From Gemmatimonadota bacterium (GTDB taxonomy: Bacteria; Gemmatimonadota; Gemmatimonadetes; Longimicrobiales; Gaopeijiaceae), in NCBI GenBank assembly GCA_003248075.1, contig QJYK01000207.1:4603-68602 (forward strand): a stretch of 64,000 nucleotides of DNA, written 5' to 3'. The position numbers were made by a program, and so were the translations under genes. A model generated the notes under the pieces. The model worked only from the letters and a program-made list of their open reading frames with translations. It was not told the DNA's origin and searched no databases. Each line of letters starts with the position of its first letter. Position 1 is the stretch's first letter. Positions 16,535-25,571 of this stretch are shown piece by piece.

Positions 16535-18858
16535 GCGCCCCCCTCGCGACGACGGACCTCCGCCTCGACGCGCGAAGATCCCCATACGACCATCGCGCTC
16601 GACAGCGGCATGAGGACCGCTGCCACCAACGGGTTCACCCAGCCCAGCGCGGCCGCTCCGACGGCGACGATGTTGTAGCCGACGGACCGGGCCTGGTTCC
16701 TCCGGATCGCGCTGCGGCAGGCCTTGCTCGCCTGGATGCCCGTGACGAGGGGCAGCAGCGAGCCACCCGCCAGGACGCCGTCGGCCACGAGGATGCTGGT
16801 GGCCGAACCCGTGCCCATCGCGACTGCGACATCCGCGGCTGCGAGTGCGGGGCCGTCGTTCAGCCCGTCACCCGCGAACAGCACCCTCCGCCCACGGGCG
16901 CGAAGTGCCCGGATCATCGCGGCCTTTTCCTCCGGACCCGCCGCGGCCCGGACGTCGTCGATGCCGGTCGCACGCGCGATGCGGTTGGCCACCCGCTCCC
17001 GGTCGCCCGTGAGGAGCGTCACCTCCACCCCCAGCTCCCGCAGCCGACGCACGGCTTCGCCCGAGTCGTGCCGCAGGTTGTCCCCGAGGCGGAGCAGACC
17101 CGCGTACCCGTCGGGCCCCTCGAGGAGCAGGGCGTCGGGACCGCCGGACCGGAGGCTCCAGCACACGCCATCCACGAGCCCCGAGATCCCGACGCCCGCC
17201 ACCTCCACCACCTCGCTCGCGGAGGGCAGCGGGATCTCTCTCGCCGCCGCCTCCCGCACCACGGCCGCGGCTACCGGATGCCGGGAGTGACGCTCGAGCC
17301 CCGCGGCCACCCGAAGGTCTGCGTCGCGGGCGGAGACCACCTCGAATGCTCCGGCGGTCACCGTGCCGGTCTTGTCGAGCACGACCTGATCCACCACGGC
17401 GAGCTCGAGCAGTGCGTCGGCCGAGCGGAAGAGCAGGCCGCGACGGGCGACCGCTCCCAGTCCCGCGGCCGCGGCGAGGGGCCGCGACAACGCCAGGGCG
17501 CACGGGCACGCGACGACCAGGACCGCGATGGTGGCAGACAGCGCCGCGCCGGGATCCCCCAGGCGGGTCCACGCGACGAAGGTGCCACAGGCTATGGCGA
17601 GCGTGGCCGACGTGAACCATGGCGCGATGCGATCGGTGGAGGACGGCCGGGAGCCCCGGTCGGCGGCGCTACGAAGCTCCTCCGCCATGCGTCGCACGAC
17701 GGTGTCGTCCGCAGCCTCCGTGACGTCGACCGTCAGCGATCCGTCCACCACGACCGTCGCGGCCCAGACCCGGCCGCCCGCGGACACCTCCACCGGCGCC
17801 GACTCGCCGGTGAGGAGCGCCATGCGCACGCTGGCGCGACCCTCGACCGCGACGCCGTCCGCCGGCACCTCGTCCCCCGCAGAAACCACGATTCGGTCAC
17901 CCGGCCTCAGGCGCTCCGACGAGACCGTCTCGACGCGCGCGTCCACGAGTCGGCGGGCCGTGGGCGGCAGCGTCGCGGCGAGGGTCACGGCCGCCTCGGC
18001 GGCACGCCGCCGCCCTCGCGTCTCCATCAGTCGACCGGCCAGGAGGAGGGCCACGAGCATCGTCAGGGAGTCGAGGTAGGTGTCCCCTCCCCTCAGCGTG
18101 GCCCACCACCCCTGCGCGTACAGGATCACGATCGCCAAGGCGATCGGCACATCCATGTGCAGCGCGCGGTTGCGTAGGCCGGACCATGCCCCCGCGAAGA
18201 AGGGGGCGGCGCTCCAAGCGACGACGGGAGTGGCGAGGGCGAGCGACATCCACCGGAACAGCGCGGCGAAGCGCGCTTCCATGCCCGCCGTCCACCCCGC
18301 GTAGAGCGCGGCGGAGAACATCATCACGTTCACGGCGGCGAAGGCCGCCACGCCGAGCCGGAGTAGGAGGTCGCGGTCCGGACGGCCTTCCTCGCCGAGC
18401 ACCCGCGGACGGTAGCCCAGCGAGGCGATGCGGTCGGCCAGCTCGGAAAGTCGTACGGTGGCAGGGTCCCAGCGGAGCGTCGCCCGCCCGGTCGCGTAGC
18501 TCACCGTCGCTTCCGCGACGCCTCGCATCCTGCGCAGCACGCCCTCCGTGACCCACACGCACGATGCGCAACGCAGCCCGTCGATGGAGAGGCGGACGCT
18601 GCAGGTCCCATCCGCTCCGGCAGCCAGCGGTACGGCGTCCCACCCCCCCGGCATCGGCTCGGGACGCGGCGCGAACGCCTCCCGCTCCCGATAGTAGCGC
18701 TCGAGGCCGGCGCCGCGGATGATGGCATACGCCGCTTCGCACCCGGCGCAGCAAAAGGCATCACTCTCGCCCTCCACCACGGTTCCGCAGTGTGGGCAGC
18801 GCGAGGCGCCGCGGGTAGGCACCGCTGTGCCCGGCCTCAGAGTGGGTGCGAAGGCCAC
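16531..18858 (-). CDS. ccoI: copper-translocating P-type ATPase CcoI/FixI
   Basis: 775 aa. N-terminal 'CPHCG...FCCAGCEAAYAII', 'CPCAL' transmembrane metal motif, 'DKTGTVT' phosphorylation site, 'GDGLNDGPAL' hinge. Confidence 0.9.
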   Translation of the reverse strand: MAFAPTLRPGTAVPTRGASRCPHCGTVVEGESDAFCCAGCEAAYAIIRGAGLERYYREREAFAPRPEPMPGGWDAVPLAAGADGTCSVRLSIDGLRCASCVWVTEGVLRRMRGVAEATVSYATGRATLRWDPATVRLSELADRIASLGYRPRVLGEEGRPDRDLLLRLGVAAFAAVNVMMFSAALYAGWTAGMEARFAALFRWMSLALATPVVAWSAAPFFAGAWSGLRNRALHMDVPIALAIVILYAQGWWATLRGGDTYLDSLTMLVALLLAGRLMETRGRRRAAEAAVTLAATLPPTARRLVDARVETVSSERLRPGDRIVVSAGDEVPADGVAVEGRASVRMALLTGESAPVEVSAGGRVWAATVVVDGSLTVDVTEAADDTVVRRMAEELRSAADRGSRPSSTDRIAPWFTSATLAIACGTFVAWTRLGDPGAALSATIAVLVVACPCALALSRPLAAAAGLGAVARRGLLFRSADALLELAVVDQVVLDKTGTVTAGAFEVVSARDADLRVAAGLERHSRHPVAAAVVREAAAREIPLPSASEVVEVAGVGISGLVDGVCWSLRSGGPDALLLEGPDGYAGLLRLGDNLRHDSGEAVRRLRELGVEVTLLTGDRERVANRIARATGIDDVRAAAGPEEKAAMIRALRARGRRVLFAGDGLNDGPALAAADVAVAMGTGSATSILVADGVLAGGSLLPLVTGIQASKACRSAIRRNQARSVGYNIVAVGAAALGWVNPLVAAVLMPLSSAMVVWGSSRVEAEVRRREGGA

Positions 18859-18864
18859 GATCGG

Positions 18865-19047
18865 TCAGCGGTCCCCGTGCAGGTAGGACGGCGCCACCTC
18901 GTCGGCGCCCCGCACCGCGATCCAGATGAACGTCGCGTTCACGGCGATGACCACGGCCAGGGCAATGCCGATCGCGATCGGCCAAACGAGTTCGTGGCTC
19001 AACGTGAGGCGGCGCGCTGCCGTAACCCGCTCAGTCGTCCTGTCCAC
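18865..19047 (-). CDS. FixH/CcoH-like single-TM mini-protein (60 aa)
   Basis: Sits in the ccoH position between ccoG and ccoI. 'LVWPIAIGIALAVVIAVNATFIWIAVRGADEVAPSY' resembles only the N-terminal TM segment of FixH. Overlaps the ccoG 3' end by 17 nt. Confidence 0.5.
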   Translation of the reverse strand: MDRTTERVTAARRLTLSHELVWPIAIGIALAVVIAVNATFIWIAVRGADEVAPSYLHGDR

Positions 19048-20383
19048 CCAGGCTCGCTCCGGTCTTGAAGGTGGTCGGGAGGAGCAGCTCCGCCGTCGGT
19101 GATGCCACCCGCACCGTGAACGGTACCGTTCGACGGTTCGCCGCCTCGCGGGGAAGCCGAACGATCAAGGGCAACGTCACGGTCTGTTCCGGAGCCAGGC
19201 GGACCGGCACGGCGGTGACCTCGGCGCGATCGAGACCGTCGATCGCGATGTCGTACTCGACCGGCAGCTCAGACGGTTCGTTGTTCGTGATCCGCAGCAG
19301 GTACGTGTTGCGCACGAATCCGTCCGCGTCCTCGGTGTACAGCGAACCCGGTGCCCTGTTCACCGATGCCTCGAACGGCACCCTCGCGAGCACCAACACC
19401 ACGGCCGCGGCGGTGAGCGCCGTCAGCATTCCCCCGTACACCAGCGTGCGGGGGCGTAGCGGGCGGGACTCACGCCCCTCGTCTGCGGCGATCGAGCTGT
19501 ACCGCACCAGGGTGGGTTGGTCGAACCGGCTCATGACGCTCTCGCAGGCGTCCACACAGCGCGCGCACTGGATGCATTCCAGCTGAAATCCGTCGCGTAT
19601 GTCGATCCCCTGAGGGCACACCACGACGCATTTCTGGCACGCGATGCACCCGCCCTCGGGGCCACGCTTGGGACCCCGGGGCTCACCTCGCTTCGTGTCA
19701 TAGGAGATCAACAGGGTCTCCTCGTCCGTCAGGGCGCTCTGGAAGCGGGCGTAAGGGCACAAAAAGATGCAGAACTGCTCCCTGAACCAGACGAAGTCCA
19801 CGAACCAGAGCGCAGAGAAGATCGCCACGAAGGCGTACGAGGCGGCGCTCGCCTGGCCCGTCCACAGCGGGCGGGCACCGGCGAACAGGCTGGTCATGGC
19901 CATGCCCAGCAGAAGAGACACGCCGAGGAAGGCGGCCCACTTGACGATCTTCCTCCAGGCCTTGTCGAGAGACAGCCCCTGTGCGTCCCTCCTCTTACGG
20001 CGCGTCCGGTCGCCTTCGGTCCACTGCTCGAGCGGTCGGATCCAACTCTCCAGGAAGACGGTCTGGGGACAGGCGTATCCGCACCATATACGCCCGAAGA
20101 TCGCGGTGAAGAAGAACAGGGAGAACGCCAGGAACAAGAGCAGCAGGACCAGAAAGATCGTGTCCGAAGGCGTGTAAATTGCGCCCATGAGGTGGACCCG
20201 ACGATGGGGCAGGTCCAGCAGGACCATCGGGTGACCCCTCACCGTGATCCACGGCGCCACGAACAGAGCGGCGTGCAGCAGCAGGAACGTCCACCGGCGC
20301 ACGCTGGTGAATGCCCCGTGGATCGACTGCGGGTAGACCCACTCCCTGGACCCGGACATGCCGGGTAGCCGGACGACCGACAC
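19031..20383 (-). CDS. ccoG: cbb3 oxidase accessory protein CcoG/FixG (4Fe-4S ferredoxin-type)
   Basis: 450 aa. 'CGYACPQTVFLE', 'CIACQKCVVVCPQGIDIRDG..LECIQCARCVDAC', C-terminal Ig-like FixG_C region. Confidence 0.9.
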   Translation of the reverse strand: MSVVRLPGMSGSREWVYPQSIHGAFTSVRRWTFLLLHAALFVAPWITVRGHPMVLLDLPHRRVHLMGAIYTPSDTIFLVLLLLFLAFSLFFFTAIFGRIWCGYACPQTVFLESWIRPLEQWTEGDRTRRKRRDAQGLSLDKAWRKIVKWAAFLGVSLLLGMAMTSLFAGARPLWTGQASAASYAFVAIFSALWFVDFVWFREQFCIFLCPYARFQSALTDEETLLISYDTKRGEPRGPKRGPEGGCIACQKCVVVCPQGIDIRDGFQLECIQCARCVDACESVMSRFDQPTLVRYSSIAADEGRESRPLRPRTLVYGGMLTALTAAAVVLVLARVPFEASVNRAPGSLYTEDADGFVRNTYLLRITNNEPSELPVEYDIAIDGLDRAEVTAVPVRLAPEQTVTLPLIVRLPREAANRRTVPFTVRVASPTAELLLPTTFKTGASLGGQDD

Positions 20384-20395
20384 GCCGAGCTCCGT

Positions 20396-20995
20396 TCAGC
20401 CCACGGGATCGCCGGCGGACCCCGACGGGTCGGGCACGGCGTCCTCGCCCGATCCGAGGATGTCCCCGAGCGGACGTCCCGTCGCTTCGCTGTTCTTCGT
20501 GATCACGTACGCCGCCACCTGATTGATCTGCTCAGGACTGAGGATCCCACCCCACGGGATCATTCCCTTGGCGGGAACGCCCTGCGTGATCGTGGTCAGG
20601 ATGTCCTTGGCCTGGCCTCCGTGCAGCCATTCGTCGTCGAGAAAGGTCGGCCCGATGCCCCCCTCGAGGTTCTGGCCATGACAGACCACGCAGTTCTGCT
20701 GGAATACGGCCTCACCCGCCGCGACCGCCTCGGCGGTCACCGCGAAGTCGGCCGCCGCCGCGGCCAGCGCCTCCGCCTGCGCAGGCCACCGCGCCTCCGC
20801 CGCCGTCATCTCCTCCGAGAGCCGCCTCGCCTGCGACCGGTCACCGATCACGTGGTACCAGAGACCGTAGCCGACTGCCCACAGGACCGTGAACCAGAAG
20901 AGGCCCACCCACCAATCCGGGAGCGGGTTGTCGTACTCGTCGATGCCGTCCGCCTCGTCCGCATGACCGAGCAGGCGATTGGTATCCTTGCTCAC
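20396..20995 (-). CDS. ccoP: cbb3 oxidase subunit III CcoP, apparently monohaem
   Basis: 199 aa. FixP_N-like 'DEYDNPLPDWWVGLFWFTVLWAVGY'. A single CxxCH (CVVCH) with a Met ligand context 'KGMIPWG'. GTG start overlaps the ccoQ stop. Confidence 0.85.
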   Translation of the reverse strand: MSKDTNRLLGHADEADGIDEYDNPLPDWWVGLFWFTVLWAVGYGLWYHVIGDRSQARRLSEEMTAAEARWPAQAEALAAAAADFAVTAEAVAAGEAVFQQNCVVCHGQNLEGGIGPTFLDDEWLHGGQAKDILTTITQGVPAKGMIPWGGILSPEQINQVAAYVITKNSEATGRPLGDILGSGEDAVPDPSGSAGDPVG

Positions 20996-21171
20996 GCGTC
21001 ACCTCCATCCATGAACGGCATCCGGCCGATCTCCTCCATCATCGCCCGATGCTTCGGTCGATAGGCCCAGAAGACCCACCCGAGGAACACGGCCAGGAAC
21101 ACGACCGTCATCGCCCCCAGGACCCACCCGAGCTGGACGGACGCCGCGGCCTCCCTGAGAAGCGGGTTCAC
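20992..21171 (-). CDS. ccoQ: cbb3 oxidase small subunit CcoQ/FixQ (59 aa, below ORF-track cut-off)
   Basis: My translation: GTG 21171 (GTGA overlap with the ccoO stop) gives MNPLLREAAASVQLGWVLGAMTVVFLAVFLGWVFWAYRPKHRAMMEEIGRMPFMDGGDA; its TGA overlaps the ccoP GTG. Single TM plus 'AYRP.K' FixQ-like motif. Confidence 0.65.
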   Translation of the reverse strand: MNPLLREAAASVQLGWVLGAMTVVFLAVFLGWVFWAYRPKHRAMMEEIGRMPFMDGGDA

Positions 21172-21896
21172 TGTCCACCTCCCTGCGTGGCGAGGTGCTG
21201 CCTGCCCTCGACGCCGAGCCTCTGCAGGTACGCGATCAGCGCTACGATCTCGTCGTCCCAGGCGGCGGTGATCCCTGCCTGGGCGAGGTTGTCCACGATC
21301 ATCTGCCCGTCGGAACGGAGCCGGGCCGTCACCGCGCCCTCCTCCGTGGTCGTGTACGGCGTGCCGAGCTTGGCGAGCGCGGCCATGGAAGCCGTGACGT
21401 CGGCGGGATCGATCTTGTCCCGATGGAGCCAGGGATAGGTCGGCATCACCGAACCCGGTGAGGTCGCACGCGGATCACGCATGTGCTCGTAGTGCCACGC
21501 GTCCGGGTATTTCTGTCCGACCCTCTGCAGATCGGGGCCCAGGCGCCGGGACCCGAGCAGGAAAGGCCGGTCGTACTGGTATTCGGCGGCCCGGGTCCAT
21601 TCTCCGTAGCGTAGCATCTCGGCGCGCATGGGCCGGACCATCTGCGAATGGCACAGGTAGCACCCTTCACGGATGTAGATGTCCCGGCCGGCCACTTCCA
21701 GCGGGGCGTACGGCGTCACCCAGCCGGCCCGCTCCCACGACAGGGAGGATGTGCTGAACATCGGGATGATCTCCACCACGCCACCGACCGAGATCGCGAC
21801 CGTCGTCGCGATCGCGAAGATCGCCGCCTTCCCTTCGAAGAGTCGGCGGTGGAGTCGGCCATAGGCCTTCTCGGACTGGCTCTGATCGTTGCTCAT
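21168..21896 (-). CDS. ccoO: cbb3 oxidase subunit II CcoO (monohaem cytochrome c)
   Basis: 242 aa. 'GRDIYIREGCYLCHSQMVRP', 'GPDLQRVGQKYPDAWHYEHMRDPRATSPGSVMPTYPWL'. Confidence 0.92.
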   Translation of the reverse strand: MSNDQSQSEKAYGRLHRRLFEGKAAIFAIATTVAISVGGVVEIIPMFSTSSLSWERAGWVTPYAPLEVAGRDIYIREGCYLCHSQMVRPMRAEMLRYGEWTRAAEYQYDRPFLLGSRRLGPDLQRVGQKYPDAWHYEHMRDPRATSPGSVMPTYPWLHRDKIDPADVTASMAALAKLGTPYTTTEEGAVTARLRSDGQMIVDNLAQAGITAAWDDEIVALIAYLQRLGVEGRQHLATQGGGQ

Positions 21897-21906
21897 GGGT
21901 CGCCTC

Positions 21907-23358
21907 TCAGTCCGCGGCTACGGGCACGGGCTCGGCCGCCGGCCGCTCCGGTCCACGGATCGTCTGCCAGAAGTTCACAGCCATCATCACCGCCCCGGTG
22001 AGGTACATCGCTCCGCCCAGGAGTCGAATCCACAGGAACGGATTGAGGCGCGCCGTGATGTCCACGAAGATCGGGTTCGCGAGCTGGCCGGCGTCGTTGA
22101 GCGCACGCCACTGCAGCCCTTCCATGAGGCCCGCGGCCCACATGGACACGGTGTAGAGCACGATGCCGATGGTCGCCAGCCAGAAGTGGTGTGACGCCCA
22201 AGTCGGGTGCGCCAAGGGCCGCTTCCAGATGTTCTGCACCATCCAGTACAACATCCCGAACGAGATCATCCCCACCCATCCGAGCGCCCCGGAGTGGACA
22301 TGTCCGATGACCCAGTTGGTGTAGTGCGCGAGCCCATTGACCGCGCGGATCGACATCATCGGGCCCTCGAACGTGCTCATGCCGTAGAAGCTCACCGCAA
22401 CCACCATGAACTTCAGGATCGGATCGGTTCGGACCCGATCCCAGGCGCCACGGAGCGTCAGGAGCCCGTTGAGCATACCGCCCCATGAGGGCGCGATCAG
22501 CATGACGCTGAACACCATGCCCAGCGTTTGCGCCCAATCGGGAAGCGCCGAGTACAGGAGGTGGTGCGGCCCGGCCCAGATGTACAGAAAGACCAGGGCC
22601 CAGAAATGGATGATCGACAGCCGATAGCTGTAGACCGGTCGCTCGGCCGCCCGCGGCAGATAGTAGTACATGAGGCCCAGGAAGGGCGTGGTCAGGAAGA
22701 AGCCCACAGCGTTGTGTCCGTACCACCACTGCACGAGCGCGTCCGTGAGACCGGAGTAGACGGGGTAGGAGCGGAACCAGGTCGCCGGAACCGCCAAGCT
22801 GTTCACGATGTGCAGCACCGCGATCGTGATCACGAAGGACATGTAGAACCAGATCGCGACGTAGAGGTGCTGTACCTTCCGGCGCGCGAGGGTCCCGAAG
22901 AAGTTCACGCCGAAGACCACCCAGACGACGGTGATCAGCACGTCGATGGGCCAGATGAGCTCGGCGTACTCCTTCGATTGGGTCATGCCGAGGGGCAGCG
23001 TCACGGCAGCCAGCACGATGATGGACTGCCACCCCCAGAAGTGCACCCGCGACAGCGTGTCGCTGAACATCCGGGTGCGCAGCAGCCGCTGCGTGGAATG
23101 GTAGATGCCCGTGAAGACCACGTTGCCGCCGAAGGCGAAGATCACGGCGTTGGTGTGCAAGGGTCGCAGGCGACCGAACGTCGTCCATGGCAGCCCGAGA
23201 TTCGCGGGCCACCAAGCCAGCTGGAGCGCGATGATCACGCCGACCAGCATGCCCACGAGGGCCCAGACCACCGTCGCCGTGAAGAACATCTTCACGATGT
23301 CGAGGTCGTAGCCGACGTCCGTTCCGGCGGCGACTGTACCCGTCGTCGTCTTTTCCAT
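21907..23358 (-). CDS. ccoN: cbb3 oxidase catalytic subunit I CcoN
   Basis: Polytopic HCO subunit I of C-type. '[19 protein letters not shown]', '[15 protein letters not shown]', 'WAGPHHL', '[13 protein letters not shown]'. Start chosen at ATG 23358 (MEKTTT); the listed start 23388 is possible. Confidence 0.92.
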   Translation of the reverse strand: MEKTTTGTVAAGTDVGYDLDIVKMFFTATVVWALVGMLVGVIIALQLAWWPANLGLPWTTFGRLRPLHTNAVIFAFGGNVVFTGIYHSTQRLLRTRMFSDTLSRVHFWGWQSIIVLAAVTLPLGMTQSKEYAELIWPIDVLITVVWVVFGVNFFGTLARRKVQHLYVAIWFYMSFVITIAVLHIVNSLAVPATWFRSYPVYSGLTDALVQWWYGHNAVGFFLTTPFLGLMYYYLPRAAERPVYSYRLSIIHFWALVFLYIWAGPHHLLYSALPDWAQTLGMVFSVMLIAPSWGGMLNGLLTLRGAWDRVRTDPILKFMVVAVSFYGMSTFEGPMMSIRAVNGLAHYTNWVIGHVHSGALGWVGMISFGMLYWMVQNIWKRPLAHPTWASHHFWLATIGIVLYTVSMWAAGLMEGLQWRALNDAGQLANPIFVDITARLNPFLWIRLLGGAMYLTGAVMMAVNFWQTIRGPERPAAEPVPVAAD

Positions 23359-23436
23359 AAGGTTCCCTGATGAGGGTGGCTCCAGCATCCTCGATTGCGA
23401 CTACGCACCTGCGCGGGCAGTGCCCGCCTGAGCCCC

Positions 23437-24309
23437 ATGCTCCCAGCCATCGCCGCGGCGGCCCTCGCCGGCCTCCTCGGTAGTCCACACTGCGTCGGGA
23501 TGTGCGGTCCCTTCGCCCTCGCGTGCGGCGGTCGTCTGAGCCACGGCCTCGCTTGGCACGCGGGAAAGACGCTCACCTACGCGACGCTGGGGGCCCTCGC
23601 AGGGTGGACCGGACACTCCGTGCCGGGTCCCGCCTGGGTGGCCACAGCGATCTCCGCCGCACTCGTGGTCTGGTTCGCCGCCGCGCTCGCGGGATTGGCC
23701 CCCGAACCGGCCCTGCGGGTCCCGGGCCTCTCGCGTCTCGCCGGACGCGCGGCCCAGCGGGGCGACCTCGCCTCCCGGTTTCTCTTCGGAGTCGCGAACG
23801 GGACGCTGCCCTGCGGGCTCGTCTACGCGGCGTTGGGCGTCGCGGTGGCTTCCGCCGACCCGCTCACCGGATGCCTCGCCATGGCGGCCTTCGGCCTCGG
23901 CACGGTGCCGGCCCTGACGGCGTTCACCCTGGGCATGCGACGCCTGGCCGCGGACCGCCCCTGGACTCGGAGGGCGTTGGCCGCCCTCGTCCTCGTCACC
24001 GGACTGTGGATGGTGGTGCACCGGCAGCGCATGGCCCCCGGACACACCCCACCTGACCCGCCCTCAAACAGCATGCGGTTGAACGTCGGTCCGCGGCAGG
24101 TTTCCTACAGTCGGGAAGAACCGGAATCGTTCTGTGGGAGGTTGCCCCACACCCCTTGTGCGGGGTCGAGTCTGGATCACGTCGTCCCGTCCGCGACCTT
24201 CGAGGTCCGCGCCTCGGCCTGTGGCGTCGGAGTGCCTCGAGGATCCCTGAAACAGTCTGGGCGCGCGCGGACGTATTGGGAACTCCGGCCGGTAGTCAGG
24301 GGTCCGTGA
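23437..24309 (+). CDS. TauE/SafE- or DsbD_2-like membrane protein (HCxxMCGP motif), divergent from ccoN
   Basis: 'MLPAIAAAALAGLLGSPHCVGMCGPFALA', six TM-like segments ending near 24020. The last roughly 90 codons up to the stop at 24309 have poor third-position GC and look non-coding, so the 3' end is uncertain. Confidence 0.7.
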   Translation: MLPAIAAAALAGLLGSPHCVGMCGPFALACGGRLSHGLAWHAGKTLTYATLGALAGWTGHSVPGPAWVATAISAALVVWFAAALAGLAPEPALRVPGLSRLAGRAAQRGDLASRFLFGVANGTLPCGLVYAALGVAVASADPLTGCLAMAAFGLGTVPALTAFTLGMRRLAADRPWTRRALAALVLVTGLWMVVHRQRMAPGHTPPDPPSNSMRLNVGPRQVSYSREEPESFCGRLPHTPCAGSSLDHVVPSATFEVRASACGVGVPRGSLKQSGRARTYWELRPVVRGP

Positions 24310-24365
24310 GCAAAGGCGGAGCGGACGGTCCCGCCCACCTACCGACGACCCGAACTGGAGTTCCC
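24278..24365 (+). promoter_or_regulatory. possible structured leader: 9-bp long-range stem sequestering the SD of the downstream dehydrogenase gene
   Basis: GGGAACTCC (24278-24286) is the exact complement of GGAGTTCCC (24357-24365). The latter contains the GGAG 8 nt before ATG 24368. Inner pairings GGTAG/CTACC and TCCG/CGGA are visible. Confidence 0.35.
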
Positions 24366-24367
24366 CC

Positions 24368-25525
24368 ATGGCCCGGACCCCTCGTGTGGTGCTCCTCGCG
24401 TCCGTGACCGCGATCGCAGTGCCTGCTGCCGGAGCACAGGAGCCCGTGCTCCGGTCCGCGTACCACGACTATCGCGTGGTGCCGGTCGCGGAGGGGCTGG
24501 TCAATCCATGGTCGATGACCTGGCTGCCCACCGGGGACATGCTGATCACCGAGCGGCCGGGACGCCTCCGCATCGTACGGGCGGGCCGGCTCCTCCCGGA
24601 CCCCGTCCAAGGCGTCCCGGCGGTGCACGCGCAGGGCCAGGGTGGGCTGCTGGACGTGCTGCCGCACCCGGATTTCGCCTCAAACCGACTCCTGTACCTG
24701 TCCTACTCGAAGCCCCTCGAGGACGGCGGGTCCACCACCGCGGTGGCGCGGGGTCGCTTCGAGAACGATCGGTTGGTCGGAGTCCGCGACATCTTCGTCG
24801 CGGACACTCGAGGCAACGGCCACTACGGGTCGAGGCTCGCCTTCGACCGGGACGGGTTCCTGTTCGTGACCGTGGGCGACCGGCAGGCGCCCCCCAGCGG
24901 TGACCTGGAGGGCCATCCGGCGCAGGATCGCTCCAACCATCACGGCACCATCAACCGCCTCCGCGACGACGGAAGCGTGCCGGACGACAATCCGTTCGTC
25001 GGCCAGGAAGGGATTCGGCCGGAAATCTGGAGCTGGGGCCACCGCAATCCCCAGGGCCTGGCGATCGACCCCGAGACGGGCGCCGTCTGGGCGACGGAGC
25101 ACGGGCCGCAGGGCGGCGACGAGCTCAACCTGATCCGACCGGGCACGAACTACGGTTGGCCGGTGGTCGGGTACGGGGTCAACTACCGGACGGGACTCGC
25201 GATCCACGAGGGGACGATGCGGGAGGGCATGGAGGGCCCCGTCGACCTTTGGATTCCTTCGATCGCGACGTCGGGGTTGGCCGTATACAGGGGCGACCGC
25301 TTCCCGCACTGGAGGGGAAGCCTCCTCGTGGGGGGTCTCGCGGGCCAGCAGATCGCCCGGCTCACGCTGGAAGGGCAGCGCGTCGTCTCGGAGGAGACGC
25401 TGCTCCAGGGCCTGGGTCGCGTGCGGGACGTCCGTCAGGGGCCGGACGGCTACATCTACGTGGCGCTCGAGGACCGGGACGGTGCGCCGACGCCGGTCGT
25501 TCGCCTCGAACCGGTCGGGGGTTGA
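24368..25525 (+). CDS. PQQ-dependent (soluble) sugar dehydrogenase, GDH-B/YliI family, secreted
   Basis: 385 aa with a signal peptide. 'NPWSMTWLPTGDMLITERPGRLRIV', 'GQGGLLDV..HPDFASNRLLYLSY', 'HYGSRLAFDRDGFLFVTVGD', 'SWGHRNPQGLAIDPETGAVWATEHGPQGGDELN'. Confidence 0.9.
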   Translation: MARTPRVVLLASVTAIAVPAAGAQEPVLRSAYHDYRVVPVAEGLVNPWSMTWLPTGDMLITERPGRLRIVRAGRLLPDPVQGVPAVHAQGQGGLLDVLPHPDFASNRLLYLSYSKPLEDGGSTTAVARGRFENDRLVGVRDIFVADTRGNGHYGSRLAFDRDGFLFVTVGDRQAPPSGDLEGHPAQDRSNHHGTINRLRDDGSVPDDNPFVGQEGIRPEIWSWGHRNPQGLAIDPETGAVWATEHGPQGGDELNLIRPGTNYGWPVVGYGVNYRTGLAIHEGTMREGMEGPVDLWIPSIATSGLAVYRGDRFPHWRGSLLVGGLAGQQIARLTLEGQRVVSEETLLQGLGRVRDVRQGPDGYIYVALEDRDGAPTPVVRLEPVGG

Positions 25526-25571
25526 GGTCCCGGAGCTCGCTCCCCCGGGAACGAGCCCGCCGGACGTCAGG

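Noticed and set aside
21893-23488. 531-aa minus-strand ORF overlapping ccoN in another frame
   Set aside because: An alternate frame of ccoN. Arg/Gly/Pro/His-rich, whereas the ccoN frame has the canonical His ligands and TM pattern.
24090-24140. Possible cobalamin riboswitch ('gggaagaaccggaatcg...ccacacc')
   Set aside because: Only a superficial resemblance to the GGGAA...GAAUCC region. No B12 box (GCCACUG) and no B12-related downstream gene. Retained only as an unclassified structured region.
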